Below, one piece after another: positions 26,190-39,690 of a stretch of DNA of 63,867 nt. Both the position numbers and the translations under genes were made by a program. The notes below the pieces were generated by a model. That model saw only the letters and a program-made list of their open reading frames with translations. It was not told the origin of the DNA and ran no database searches. The stretch covers positions 285,300,911 to 285,364,777 of the forward strand of contig NC_058135.1 of assembly GCF_016433145.1 (NCBI RefSeq), written 5' to 3'. This DNA is from Gracilinanus agilis. Taxonomy: Eukaryota. Numbering within the stretch: the first letter of the stretch is position 1; each line of letters opens with the position of its first letter.

Positions 26190-28640
26190 ATCATTCTCAT
26201 TCTCATCATGGAATATCAAAGAGAGAGAGAGAGAGATAAGGGATGAATTGTGAAAACTCTTCCTTGCAGGCCTCTTTAATGTGAGAAAATTTCCCTCTTC
26301 TCCCAATGGATCCCTCTTTCTCACCTCTTCATTTTTTTTGGAGATCATTCTAGTATGATCAACTCATAACCATGTCCATCTCTGTCTGTGTAAACTCCTT
26401 TTAAATGTCCTAAAAATGATGACATTTTTTAGGAATTACCTGTATCTTCCCATATAAGAATAGGAATAGTTTAATTTTATTGAATCCCTTAGGATTACTC
26501 TTGAGTCTTGTGTTTCATGTCAGTTTTCTATTCAGCTCCTGTCTTTTCATCAGTAATGCTTGAAAGGCCTCTTTTTTGTGAAATATCCATCATCCTTCCC
26601 TCCTACTCCACCTCTGCCAAGGATACCTAGTTTTTTCTAGATAGGTTATTTTTGGTTGTAATTCTATCTCCTTTGTCTTCTAGAGTATCATATCCCAAGT
26701 CTTTTGCTTCTTTAATCTTGGGTGATCCTGATATTGGCGTTACAATATTTGAATTGTTTCTTTTCTTTTTTCTTTTTTCTTTTTTAAAAATTTTTAAACC
26801 CTTACCTTACATCAGGGGTCGGCAACCTTTTTGGCCGTGAGAGCCATAAACGCCATATTTTTTAAAATGTAATTTCCTGAGAGCCGTACAGTGCTCACAG
26901 TGCCGCTCCTGTAACGGCACCTGAAAAAAGTCGACTTTATGGCTCCTGCAGGAAGAGTCGGATATAGAGAGCCATATAAGATATAAGACCTCTGCCTTAT
27001 ATCTTAGAATCAATATTGTGTATTGGTTCCAAGACAGAAGAATGATAAGAGCTAGGCAGTGGGAGTTAAGTGACTTGCCCAGGGTCACCCAGGCAGGAAG
27101 TGTCTGAGGCCAGATTTGAACCCAGGATGTCCCATCTCTGGGCCTGGCCCTCCATCCACTGTGCCCCGCAGCTGCCCCCTGAATTGTTTCTTTCTGGCTA
27201 CTTGAAATATTTTCTCTTTGATGTGGGACCTCTGGAATTTGACTATAATATTAGTGGGAGTTTTCATTTTGAGATCTCTTTCAGGAGGTGAGCAGTGGAT
27301 TCTTTCAATTTCTATTTTGCCTTTTGGTTCAAGGATATCAAGGGAGTTTTCCTCCATGATTTATTGAAATACCTAGGCTATTTTTTAAAAAAATTTTTTT
27401 TGGATCATGGCTTTCAGGTAGTCCAGTAATTCCAAAATTATCTCTTCAGTCTCTTTTCCACATCAGTTGTTTTTCCAATGAGATATTTCCATTTCTTCTG
27501 TTTTTTTTTATTCTTTTGATTTTATTTCATTGTTTCTTGATGTCTCATGGAATCATTAACATCTGCTTTCTCAATTCTAATTTTTAAGAAATGACTTTCT
27601 TTGATGAGATTTTACGTATCTTTTTCCACTTGGCCAATTCTGTTTTTTTTTTTGTTGTTGTTGTTTTCTTCAGTATTTTTTTGGCACCTCTTTTACCATG
27701 CTGTTAATTCTCTTTTCATAATTTTCTTGCCTCACTTTCATTTCATTTCCCAATTTTCCACAACTTCTCTTTTTTAATCTCAGGCATTTTCTTGGGGTTT
27801 AGATCCAATTAGCATTTTTCTTTGAGCTTTTTTTCATAGCTGTTTTCACATTGTTGTCTTCTTTTGCATTTATATTTTGGTCTTCCCTACCACTGTTGTA
27901 GCTTTTTATGGTCAAGGTTTTTTGTCATCGTTGTTGGGTGCTCATTTTCCCAGTCTGTTTCTTCACTGAATATTATGTTAAAGTTGGGCCTGCTCCCTTT
28001 GGGGCAGGAAGGCACTGTGCCAGGCTTCAGATTTTTTTTTTTTTTTTGTGCAGCTGTTTTCAGAGCTAGTTCCGGGGGTCAGTCTGCAAGTTTTTGGTGC
28101 TTCCAAGGTAGTTATGATCCTGGGAGAGGCATGGTCAGTGCTCTCCTGGGCTGAACTCTGGTCTTTACCTGGTCTTATCCTTGTAGCTGCAAGTACCCAT
28201 GTTCTCTTTCCTTTGGAGCTATGACCAGAGCCCCTGCTCCCTTGTGATCAACTCCCAACACTCCTCTCCACCCTGGAACTGCGGCCTACAACTGCAATGG
28301 GCAATAAAGTAGCCATGGGGAGTTAGTGCCAGCTGTACCCAAGGCCAGCAAGGGGTCCCCTGTAATCTCTTTTTCTCACCATTTGTCTGAACCCCTTACC
28401 TTCTCTGGACTGAGAGCTTCTGAAGCTGCTGTTGCTGCTTTGGTGTATGTGGGCTTTGGACAGACCTCTACTCTGGTGTCACAGATTGCTTCTGCCAACT
28501 TCTTATTTTCTTAGGCCAGAAAGATGTCCTTCTGACCTTTCGTTGGCTCTGCTGCTCCAAAATTTGATTTAGATGTTGTTTTAAAGTTGTCAGAGGGGAA
28601 TGTTAGGAAATTTCAGCTGTATGACTGCCCCATATCTGCT
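26190..28640 (-). mobile_element. L1 5' portion (5'UTR/ORF1, degraded) interrupted by SINE + hAT
   Basis: Translates to ORF1p-like IERIHCSPPERDLKMKTP..IIVKFQ..KEKIFQVARKKQF. Confidence 0.85.
26813..26994. mobile_element. hAT/Charlie-type MITE (182 bp) inserted into a SINE
   Basis: Left TIR CAGGGGTCGGCAAC, degraded right TIR ...GACCTCTG, 8-bp TSD CCTTACAT / CCTTATAT. Confidence 0.85.
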
Positions 28641-30039
28641 GTCTTAGTTCCTAGCCCACTCATTTTACAGAGGAAGAAACTGAGACCTAGAGAGGGGAAG
28701 GGTCTAGTTGTCCTAGGAGATGTACGAAGCAGGATTGAAGGCCATCCTTCCCTGGCTTTCCAGCCTTTTACCTCCTTACCTTCATCCTGAAGATGTGGGA
28801 TAGACTTGTGAAAGGATCCCTTGGTGCCATGATTGTGAAAATGGAGGTTAGCATCAAGGATCATAGACTCAGAACAGGAAATAGACCCTAGAGCCCCTCC
28901 AGGCCATCCCTTTACTCAACAAATGGGGGCTTAAGTGATGCCCAAGTCATATGGGGAGTGAATGACAGAGCCAGGGTTTGAACCTGAGTTTCAGCTCCAT
29001 GAACACTAGGTGGTACAGTGGATAGAGCACCTGGCCTGAGTCAGGAAAATTCATCTTTGTGAGTTTAAATCTGGCCTCAGACACTAACTAACTGTGTGGC
29101 CCTGGGCAAGTTACTTCACCCAGTTTGCCTCAGTTTCCTCATCTGTCAAATGAGCTGGAGAAGGAAATGGCAGTCTAGTCCAATATCTGCCAAGAAAACC
29201 CCAGATGGGGTCATGTATAGTCAGACATGACAATAATAATGACCAGTTCTGTGCCCAGCACTCTTATGTCTTTCAAGGAAGACTATTAACCACTTAGTTA
29301 CCACTAAAGTGATGGCACAGCTTGGGTAAGCTCACAACTGGGCTCTGAAGAAGAGAGAAATGTGGAGAAGGGATTGTGAGCAGTCCCATTGTAGGGCTGC
29401 TGGCCCCTTCCAGGACTCTTGACAAAATCTCAGGGTCTCCCTGGGGTATTCCATATGCTGGCCTGCCTGACCTGGCAACCAACCAGCCAGTCCATCAGCC
29501 AACATTTCTGAAGCTCTTTCTGTGGGCAGACACTGCTGAGCACTGAGTATCACCTAGAGACCAGCGAGCCCAAATCTTGCAAGTAGCCCCTGCCCTTGAG
29601 AAACTTCCACTGGTGGGTGATACAGTACCTAGATTAATAGATATCAATATATACAGCTGCAAAGTAGGCTTCAGGATGAAGGCTTGCCACTGGAGTGGGA
29701 GCTGAGAAGGAAGAGAGAGTGTCCCAGGCCTTGGGGACAGGTGGCAGCAGGACTGGGGTTTTTCTTGTGTGAGGCCTAAAGATAGACACTTGTGACCAGC
29801 CTGGGGAGTGTGGCTTGGATGGCAGCTATCTTAGAACAGAGGAGTCAGACTAGCCATGTGAGCCACCCACATTTAGCCCCAAATAGATTCAAATGCATTT
29901 AGGAAATATGCAACAAGATAAATAAAGTACACCAACATCGATAATGTTCATGCATGGTTTTCCAAGTCTGTATGTGGCCTGCAGGGATCCGTTTCCTTTC
30001 TCTTTTATTTATTTATTTATTTGTTGGTTAGATTGTGAG

Positions 30040-30670
30040 TTCTGAGTTGTCTTCCTCCATCCCTCCCAGCCCTGCACCAGACAGGGTCAACACGTGAGAT
30101 CGACATATATGTGGGACCATACAATACAATTTCCTTCTATCAGCTCTTTCTCTGGGGGTGTGGAAGGTATCTTCCCTCATAAGTCCTTCAGAGTTGAGTT
30201 GAATGTTGGTGTAACTCAGCATAGCTTAGTCATTGCTCACAGTTACTCTTCAAACAATATTGTCTTTACCATTGATGATGTTCTCTTGGTTCTGCTCGTT
30301 TCACTTTTCATTATTTCATGTAAGTCTTCCCAAAACAACCTGCTCCACATTTCTTATGTCATAGTAGTATTCCACCACAATCATGTTGCACAACTTATTC
30401 AGCCATTCCCCAACAGATGGGCACTCTTTGCCACCACAAAGAGCTGTTATTCATATTTTAGAACAAAGGTTCTTTTCCTTTTTCCTTGATCACCTTGGGA
30501 AATAGACTGAATATTGGTCAGAGGGTATATGGAGTTTGATGACTCTTTGGTTGGATCAGTTCACAATTCCACCAACAATGTATCAGTATCCCAATTTTTC
30601 CAGATTCCCTCCAACATTTATCCTTTTTCTCTTCTATCATTTTAGCCAGTCTAACAGGTGTGAGATGGTA
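30040..30670 (-). mobile_element. Marsupial L1 3'UTR fragment
   Basis: Similar to the L1 3' fragments at 9.2-10.0 kb and 55.8-56.6 kb. Confidence 0.7.
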
Positions 30671-30757
30671 CCTTGGTCAGGGATCTGTTTCTATTTGAGT
30701 TTGTCAGATGTCTTTGAAGACTGGGGAGTAGGAAGGAGCTAGGCTGGGACAAGCTTT

Positions 30758-32482
30758 TTATCTTTTCCTTTTTTTTTTCCAGTTGAAGAAATTTGTTTAC
30801 TTTTTTTCTATCAACAGAAATGACAATTATAGACAAGTTTTGATATACAGGAAAACCTTTTTGCCCACTTTTTTTTTTTTTGCTAAATAAAACAGCACAA
30901 TAACTTTTTACACTTTTTTTTTAAACAATCCACTGCTTTCTTGGGCTGAAGCAAATTGTAAGAACGTATTGGTACTAGTATCTTACTTATATTGTTTAAG
31001 AACAGCAATGGAGAAAAATAAGTTATTTAAATATTGATTTCATATACAGAAAGTGCAACATTGTTAGTTGTTATGTCTTGCTTGACAGTTTTTGTTTCCC
31101 CTAAATATGACAAATGAGAATCAAGATAACTTGGACCCAGAGTACAATCTTTTTTCCCTTGCTGAGACAGAATGGTGCGCCACCAGCACTGGTGAATTGA
31201 CCTCTCCAGCTGTGGTCAGGGAAAGGAACTATTTTCCAATAAAGGAATCTCCCGATTTCACCCAAACTTAGATTTGAGAAGGAGAACAGGGCATTTATGA
31301 AAGGTTATGTGTTAGCTAAATCATCTGGGAGCGTAAACAGTGTTTAGGGTTGGCTCCTGCCAGACAACTTTTGAAGTTAAAATTATACACAGTGGACACG
31401 TAACAAGTATCTGCCAGTCAGAACTTGCTTAGTAGGTTTCTTTTGTGCTTTCCAACAGTCAACAAACTTATTAACTTTTGCTCAGAATTGCACCCAACAG
31501 AGAAATTAATTAAAAATTTGATATGACTGAAGCCTCCCTTCTGTCAGATGAACTCTATCGGTTGACTGTTCAAACCTCGATTGACAACCACACACAGAAA
31601 CTTAAGGCTTTACTAGGATCAAATTAAAAGTTTAAAGCAAAAAGAGCTCAAACAGGGGCAGCTGGGTAGCTCAGTGGATTGAGAGCCAGGCTTAGAGACG
31701 GGAGGTCCTAGGTTCAAATCTGGCCTCAGACACTTCCCAGCTGTGTGACCTTGGGCAAGTCACTTGACCCCCATTGCCTACCCTTACCACTCTTCTACCA
31801 AGAAACTAATACACAGAAGTTAAGGGTTTAAAAAAAAAAAAAAAAAAAAAAAAGAGCTCAAACATAGAACAAATTATAAAACCACCTAAAAGCCATTTCT
31901 GAAAACACACACTTCCCAGACTATTTCCATTGGAAACCACCCTCTCCCTCAACTTCTTGAGATATTATAGATGATTCCCAGATTTGGCTCAAACTTTTCC
32001 TACCTTACCAAAGGATCATTTCAGTCTGAGTCTCTGAAATACTTAAAAGTTTCTATTTTTCCTGCTTCTAGTAAATAAAATATCTTGTTGTGGCTTGGGG
32101 TGGGTGGAATTCAGTAATTCAGATAAAATGTTCTTCCCTGGGGTTTGTCAAATATAACTTATCATCATTGTCCAAGATCTCATAGTGGTACTTTTTCATG
32201 CTGTGATACTCTTGGTACTTTACATGCCTTCTATCTTACTCCTCCATTTGCTAAGGGAGGAAGGAAAGTCCATTTCCTACGTCACATCTCATGATGTCAC
32301 TCAGAAATATTTTCAGATAATTTGGTCGCATCAGCAGCTTCCAACCTCTGGGCATCCTAAATAAGCCATGGTTCCATAAACATGAAAGGAGACACATGAA
32401 TGCAGACACTTAATTGGGATAAAACAGCATGCTTAGTAAGGTTAAATATAAAGTCGACACCAATAACTGTTCCTGGGGTGTG
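30758..32482 (-). pseudogene. 5'-truncated processed retrocopy of an unidentified mRNA 3'UTR, antisense in INCENP intron 4
   Basis: 13-bp TSD TGGGACAAGCTTT (30745-30757 and 32483-32495), poly-T at the left end, AGTAAA poly(A) signal variant on - strand, TT/AAAG L1 endonuclease site, UTR-like composition. Confidence 0.8.
31655..31848 (+). mobile_element. Young SINE nested in the retrocopy, TSD AAAAAGAGCTCAAACA
   Basis: Full-length copy with poly(A) tail and 16-bp TSD. Confidence 0.92.
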
Positions 32483-35400
32483 TGGGACAAGCTTTAATGG
32501 CCAAACAGAAGAGTTTATTTTTGTTCCTAAAGCAGGACTTCTTCATCTGGTGCCCATGAAGTTTGTAAAAAATATATTTTGTCTTAAGTATATTTCAACA
32601 TAATTAGTTTCTTTTGTAATTTTATGTATTTTGTTCTTTTAAAAACATTCTGAGAAGAAGTCCATAGGCTTCACCAGGAGATTGCCTGAGGGGTCTAGAA
32701 CAAAAGAAGGTTTTTCTGGAGGTCCACTGGAGCTTATTAAGTACAGTGGGATGATGTAGTCAGACCTGTGGCTTTAGGAAAATGGTCTGTGTGGAGGCTG
32801 ATTTGGAGAAGGGCAGAAAGACCAGTGCACCAGGCCAGCTCATCACCAGGTGGTGACCTAAGGAGATGTTGTAGACATAGAAAGGGAGCATTGCCCATGA
32901 GCTTGGTGCCATCTGCTTGGTGACTAGAATGGGTTTACCGAGGAAAGTCCTCAGATCCCTCAGCTCCTCCCCAAATGAGGCACTGCATTCTCATGAGCTT
33001 GGCTTTCCCTTGGTTGACTCCTTTTGTTGGTCCTGGGCTTGGCCTCCTTCATCAGCCGAAGTAAGGTGGTTGGCCAAAACTAGGCCTGAGGAGGCCTTGG
33101 AACCAGGGCCCCAGGGCCCCAGGACCCCAGCTGAGAGTTTTTGGAGAAGAGGATCTGATTCCTGGGTTTAGGCTTGTGAAGGGAGCTGTCCAGTAGTGGT
33201 ACAGACAGATGGGCTTCCTGGGAAGTAGGGGCTCTACCCTCCCCTGGTTAGGTTTGGAGAATAATCTGAATGAGAGCCACTACTCTTTACAGAACCCTTT
33301 GTTTGCTGGGCCCATGACTCAGATTATGTCCTTTGATCCTCACAATAACCCTGGCAGGTAGGGGCTCTTATTATGCCCATTTTACAGATGAGGAACCTGA
33401 GACTTAAAAGACTCTACATCCAGCCTTAGATATTTCCTAGCTCTGTGACCCTGGGCAAGTCACTTCACTCTTTTTGCCTCAGTCCCAGCAAATACCAGAT
33501 TTTAGATTCAAGGACTTCCTGGCGACCATTTAATGATACTTTTTGTTGAATTTTTTTCTTGTTTTTACATTTCTTAAACCTCCCTGTGTCCCTTGCCCTG
33601 TCCCTGAAAACCATCTATAATTCTAAAGGATTCTTTTAAAGGAAAAAAAAAAGAACAGTAAAATCCCACCCCTGTGCCTTAAAGAGAACCCAGGCCACAA
33701 GCACTCTCACTCATTGTTGCCTGTGGCAGAAACTGGAAGGTGAGTAGAGTTAAGGCATCAAAGAATGAAGGGAGAGATGGGGCAGAGCAGGTAGCCCCTG
33801 CCCTCAGGCCCTCCCTTTGGCACAGACAGGAGGGCATTCAGGAGAGATTTGGGTTGATGTCTGGGCCTTAGTCCTCTCATCTGACATAGCTCATAGGATG
33901 TTGGGGGAGAGCACTTTGCTCTTAGTTAGGAGCTGCAGAAATGTGAATTATGGGCTGTAGCAAAGCAGGTTAGGCTGGCTTTGGAGTTGGAAGGGCCCGT
34001 GTTCAGATTCTGCCTGTGACACACAGATGTGGGACCTGGGCATGGGCCAAGTGTTTTTTCCCCTTGGCACCTTAGAGGCTTCTCCAAGAGAGCATCAGAG
34101 AAAAGGGTGCTGTGGTCTGCTTGGTTGGGGTTGGGGCCAGGCAGCTCTTCAGCCCATACTGGTTTCCCACACTGCCCCTGGCACCTTCATAGGTCCAGAT
34201 AAGGAAGCCTTCAGTGATGCTCAGCTGTGATTCAGTCGAAGCCAACAGACATTTATTAAACACCTGCTGTGAGCTGTGCCAGGTGCTGAGGATAGAGATA
34301 CAACATGAAACCATCCCTGTCCTCAAGGAGCTTACCTCTAGGGGTTAGGGAAACCTTCCTGCAGGTATAATAAGAAATAAAGAAGGCCACAGCAATCCTG
34401 TCAGAGTGTTGTAAGGGTCCTCCAGAGCATGCCATTATTAGGCCCATTCTACTGCTGAAGAAGCTGAGTCTCAGACAAGTCACACCGCTTAGACACATGA
34501 GAGCCAGGATTTGAACCCCACTCTCTTCGCCTCCAGTTTTGAGGCCATTCCACTGCCCATGTTGGCCTCTCTGAGTACCTAGTGGAGATAAAAGGAGCCT
34601 TTGTAGGTGATGTCTGTTCAGTGTCTTGTGCTGGGTATAACCAGCTGGCTGTCCCTCCTCCTTTCTGGGGTGGTCTCGGGGAAGCAGCCCTGTTAGAGCT
34701 GGGAGAGCAGGACCCCTACTGCGATCCCCATAGCCATGGTCAGGGTGAAGCCCCAGAGGGGAGAGCACGAGAGCTAGTCGTGGTCTCACATTTTACTTCA
34801 TTCCCAGATTTGGCTCCCCGGAGAAGGAGCTGTTTGTCCTGATGGATTTTCTCTGAGTGAGTGCAAGCCTGGCTGTTAGAAATCAGAATGAAAGGCAGGG
34901 TTTTTGGGCCAGGCCCCCGTGCTTACCCCTTCCTCCTTCTTGGTCACTCAGCTCTGGTACCCCTGGCTGGCTTGGTAGGTTCACTTGGAGCGAGTGGGAG
35001 TCTCGTGGTTTTTGACTTAAAGAGCCAGAAGGTACTTTTAAAGCAGGTGTCAGAGGACTTGTGCCTGTTTCCCCTTGTGGGCCCTCCCTAGAGTGCCCTC
35101 CTCACCTTCCTTCAGCTCTGAACAGCGTTCTATGGGGGTCCACTGTGCTCAGGCTGCAGAGATGGCACCTCTCATTCTTGACTTCAAAGGGACCAAATCG
35201 ATCACTGTAGCATGTTTCAGGAGCATCGTGAGATGGCTTAGAAGGAGCCTTGGTAGAACCAGAAGGGCCCTTGGAGATTCTCGGGGCTAACATCACTCCC
35301 TCTCAGTGGAGAGCTTGCAGCCATGGCCCAAAAGAAAGGGCCCAAGGTCAGAAAGCTGGCAGCGGTGTGCCACCACGCCCATTGTTAGAAATTAGATGCT

Positions 35401-37372
35401 GATGGCCTGACTGAGATGGGCAGGTCCTCCTTGCGATAAAGTGATTTTTAGGAGCAAATGTTAAGAACCAGGTTGGATTTAAAAGGCCTACAGAGAAGGA
35501 AACTCGACATTGTTCTGAGACCTAGTGTGTGGAGGGTTAGTCCTGGGTCCATTTGACTCTTCCCTAAGTGCTTCTTTGCCCAGAACATAGTGGAGGAAGC
35601 CATGAGGCCCATGTTTCGAGGCCCTTGGAAATCTCCTGGGGATTAGGGTTGGGCCTCTGCTGTGTAAGTAGAAACTCACTATTTGAGCAGTCGTGGCATT
35701 GGAGAGAGCAGGAGAAGGAGGTAGGGGGAGTGTATCAGACTGGGGACACCCAGAACCCTGGTGTTGTGTGGCTTTGGCCCAATGTAGTGGAGAAGATGCA
35801 GCCCCAAAAGCTCCCTGGAGTGAGAAATTCAGTGAAAGCAAAGCCCAAGCTACTCCTTTGCACGTTCAGTTTTCTGAAGGGTTGGCAGATGCTCAGACCC
35901 AGGGAGCATCCTCTATTGACAAGGAGGCTTTTCTGCAGCGCTCAGGACTGGCCCTGTTAGACTGTGGAGGTTGGTTTTGAGGTGAGAGGCATCAAGTTGA
36001 TTCCCTCCAGTTTCTGGATTTCTAGAGCTGAACAGGTAAGTCAGTGATCTGGGAGAAATAGCAAAAGAAAATAGAGAGAGGCCTGGGCTGTGTCCTTTTT
36101 CCAATGCAGACCTTAGTTTTCCCATCTCTAAAATGGGAAGGCTAGACTAGATGGATTTTAAGGCCCCAGCTATGTCTAGGCCCTTAAGGGAGGCAGGGGG
36201 AATAGTCTAGGGCAGACAGTGTCTGAGGGTCCTTCCAGCTTGAAATCTGGGGTCCTAGCTGGGGTTCTTGCCTTGCCTTTCCATGTTTCTTCCTTCTCAT
36301 TGCCTTGTCCTGGGGGAGCTTGGTCAGATACTATGAACTTTCAGAATATGACAAGAAGAACTGCATCTTCTTCTGTGGATCTTCCTTCCCCTAAGTTGGC
36401 AGGGGGCTCCGGTCCTGGCTGTAGCTCCCTGTGGCCTTTGACTCTTGTAATCTGATGTTAGAAGAGCCAGAGACCCAAGAAGGACCTTTAGCATTGTCTC
36501 AGGCTATTTTCCTCCCTTTTTTGGCCCAGAGAGCCAGGAATTCACAGCTCAATGACTGGTTAAGGTGGCAAAAGTGGGCCCCGTCCTGGAGCAGCTAGGT
36601 GGCACAGTGGATAGGTATCAGGCTTGGAGTCGAGAGGACTTGAGTTCAAATCTGGTTTTAGATACTTCTTAGCTGTGTCTCCCCGGACTTAACCTCAGTT
36701 ACCTAGTCCTTACTGCTCTTGTGCCTTAGAATCCATACTTGGTGTTGGTTCTAAGGTAGAAGGTGAGGATTAAAAAAAAAGAGAGTAGCCCCATGTGGTT
36801 TGTGACCCGCCTAACAAGGATGCCATCTTCCTCTGTTTGAGAGCCAGGATTTAGGCAGTTCTGCCTCTTGGAGATGGGAACCGAGGCCTGTTGTTAGGAG
36901 AGGCCTTGCTCAAGCAAGCTTCCCCAGCCAGGTCAGGTGGACCTGGAGTTTTCACCCGGTTCCTTTGCCTCCCAAAGCAGAGCTCTCTCCACAAGAGCTC
37001 ACAGTCTCATGAGCTTCAAGAGGTTAGCATGGAGAATGGAACGTGACCCTGGGGGGAGCGGCTCTCCGGATCCCTGCTGTCCAAGGCTGTAGAGGCTGCT
37101 GGACTTGATGGAGTGAGAATTGGGGTTATGACTAATAGACTCTATCAACCTTTAGGGTGCTTTACATACAAATCTCATTTGACCCTCCCAGTACCACCTC
37201 CCCATTATCTCCACTTTACAGATGGGGAAACTGAAGTTCAGAGGGGGTGGGGTAACTTGGTCATGGCCAAACAACTGTCGTCAAGTAGGATTGAACCCAA
37301 GTCTTTCAGGTCCCTCGAGGGACCCTCTGCTGTTCTCTGACTTTTGGCTTTGTTGTTGGTTCTTCCTTTCAG

Positions 37373-37421
37373 GCCACAGCTACCTGGAGAGGCTTATGAA
37401 GGAGGTGCCTGGGAAAGCCAG
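37373..37421 (+). CDS. INCENP: INCENP exon 5: (C)HSYLERLMKEVPGKA
   Basis: tttcag acceptor, AG|GTGAGA donor, phase 1-2. Matches human HSYLERLL. Confidence 0.96.
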
Positions 37422-39075
37422 GTGAGAGAGACACGGACGCCTTTGTCCACACACCGTGCTCTGGGGACTTGGGGATCGGTCCGGATGGGGTCCCTCCTCC
37501 TCCTGACGTCCCCTAGGGTTGGGGGCAGAAAGGTGTCGTCACCAGCAGTTCCGGGCCCTTGAAGGAGAAGCCCGAGCTCGCTGGGCCCGGGTGCAGCTGC
37601 TGGGGGCCCATTTTCCTCTCGGTGTGCCCCCCACAGACTGCATCCGAGCCGAGAGCATGTACTTGTGGCCACGGCTCACTCCCTAGCACGACCCTTTCCC
37701 ATGCTTCTGACCATTCTATGAATGGTTAATTGTCATCCATCCTGACATTCCTTGTTGAGGAGAGGCGAGCAAGGCGCTGTGGGAAATGGGAGGCCTCTAA
37801 GATCCCATCCTCTGGAACCAAGGGGAGGAGGGAGGCGGCTTTTCTACAAGGGTCTGGTGCTCCTGAGCCCTTCGTCTTGGCCACCTCCTCCGGCACTGAA
37901 ACGCACCCCTGTCCCCCCTACAGTGGGTAGAACGAATATTGCCGGGAGCTTGGCTTCTGGGAGGAAGGCCCGACCCCGTGTGTGGGGTTATACTTCCAGA
38001 GTAGACGTGGCTGCCCAGAGGTACTCGGGTAGTGCCCGCCCCCCTGAGCCTGACCAAAGAAAGGCTTCCCCAAGTCCTGACGTGTTCATTTGGAGGAGGT
38101 TAGAGGCAGCCTGGCCCAGCAGGCAGGGCCCAAGTCAGCAGGCAGCGTCGGCCCTGGGGCTCGTGTCATGGCTCTGTTTCTGGATGCCTGTGGGACCTCC
38201 AGAGAGTCTTGTAGTGTATCTGGGCCTCCATTTCCTCATCTTTACAAGGAGAGGCCGGGACTCAATGGCCTCCAAGGTCCCTGTCAGCACCAAGGCCTTG
38301 ATCGTCCTATGAACTCCCTCCCTTTACAAGAAGGAGACCAAGGCTTAAGGGGAGTAGAGGGTGAGTAGCCCAGAGGCAGCACATCTCAGACTTGAACTCG
38401 GGTCCTTTGATTCCAGGACCCAGACCTTTCCTGCTCCCCCACAGTTTCTGGGAGTGTCTGGCAATACAGGACAAGAGCCTGTCCCTTGGGGCTTTCTTGC
38501 TTGTTCAGCCATGGATGGCGGCTGTCAAAAAGCCCGCCTGGCTGTCCCAGACAGGCACAGTCCCTCTGCTTGGTGGCAGGCAGAGCCAGCCTTCCAGGGA
38601 GCTGCCGGCTCTCCCTGTCTAGCCTCAGACATTGCTCCTCTGACGTGGCCACCATGACAGCAGCCTCCTCCTTGGTCTCTGGGCCCTTCTTATAGCCAGG
38701 CTGCTCTCTGCTCCAGAGGTCCCTTAGTGCCTCCAGGCTAAAACCCAAACTCTGGATGCTCCTTTTAGGCGGATCGGCCCCATCTGGCTCAGGGCCCCCA
38801 GCAGGTTTTCTGCGCATTCCTCCCTGGTCCAGCCCAGCGGCCCACGACACTGCCCGCTCCGGACACAGTTCTGTCGCCCATCCCCGTGCCTCAGCTTAGG
38901 GGTCCTCCCCTGCCTCTTACCCCTTGCCTGGCCCTGGCCATGGGGAATGAGCTCTGCCTGGATAGAGACAATGGGGCTTCCTGGTGATGGGAAGATGCGA
39001 CCTTCCTAGAGCCCCCTCCTGGTGGCTGGGGGCCAGACTGACTATCTTTCTCAAGCTTTTTCTGCTTCCTTTCAG

Positions 39076-39118
39076 CTCTGAAGAGGACACAGAGCATGTG
39101 AAGGAAGCTGAGCAGGAG
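39076..39118 (+). CDS. INCENP: INCENP exon 6: SEEDTEHVKEAEQE
   Basis: Canonical splice sites, phase 2-0 keeps the frame. Position corresponds to human SEQKEPPEEAEP. Confidence 0.88.
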
Positions 39119-39307
39119 GTAGGCAGACTCTGGGGGTGTGGGGGAGGGCAGCAAAAGGGTGCCTGGCCATATACGCTCTTGGATTTACCCCCAGAGGTCA
39201 TTCCCTCACCCTGTGCCTCAGTCCTGGTGCTGCTGCCTCATGGGGGAGGTGGGAGAGGCTTGGGGCCTGGGCCAGAACAAATCTGACCCTTCTGCCCTCT
39301 CCCGCAG

Positions 39308-39416
39308 ACGTCAGAGGGCACCAGGAGAACGCTGCGCCCTCGGAATGCTAACAAGATTGCCATCAGCACTCCAAAGGCCCAGCCAGAGCCTGGAAGCCAA
39401 GGAAATGGTGACAGCG
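39308..39416 (+). CDS. INCENP: INCENP exon 7: TSEGTRRTLRPRNANKIAISTPKAQPEPGSQGNGDS
   Basis: Canonical sites, phase 0-1. Contains the STP motif corresponding to the PLK1-docking site. Confidence 0.9.
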
Positions 39417-39638
39417 GTAAGGCCTTCCCTGGGGCGACGGAGTGTAAAAAGCCAGAACTCTGGTCCAGAGACTCTTGGGAGGCAATTGCACTAGGCCACC
39501 TTTGGTTCCCAAGCTTTGGCCCCTCGGCCTCTCTGAAAAATGGGCCCGGGGATCCCCATCCTGGGGCCTCTCAGGGTGGTGGGGATGTGATGAGGGAACC
39601 GTCCCACCCGCAGACTCACTCAGTTATTTCTCCCCCAG

Positions 39639-39690
39639 AGACCAAAACGGAGCAAGCGGAAGAGCCCAGGGAGCCGCCGCAGAGCGTCAG
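39639..39690 (+). CDS. INCENP: INCENP exon 8: ETKTEQAEEPREPPQSVR
   Basis: Phase 1-2. Matches human EAKTDQADGPREPPQSAR. Confidence 0.95.

Noticed and set aside
39611-39623. Upstream AGs before exon 8
   Set aside because: Both are out of frame; only 39639 gives the conserved peptide.
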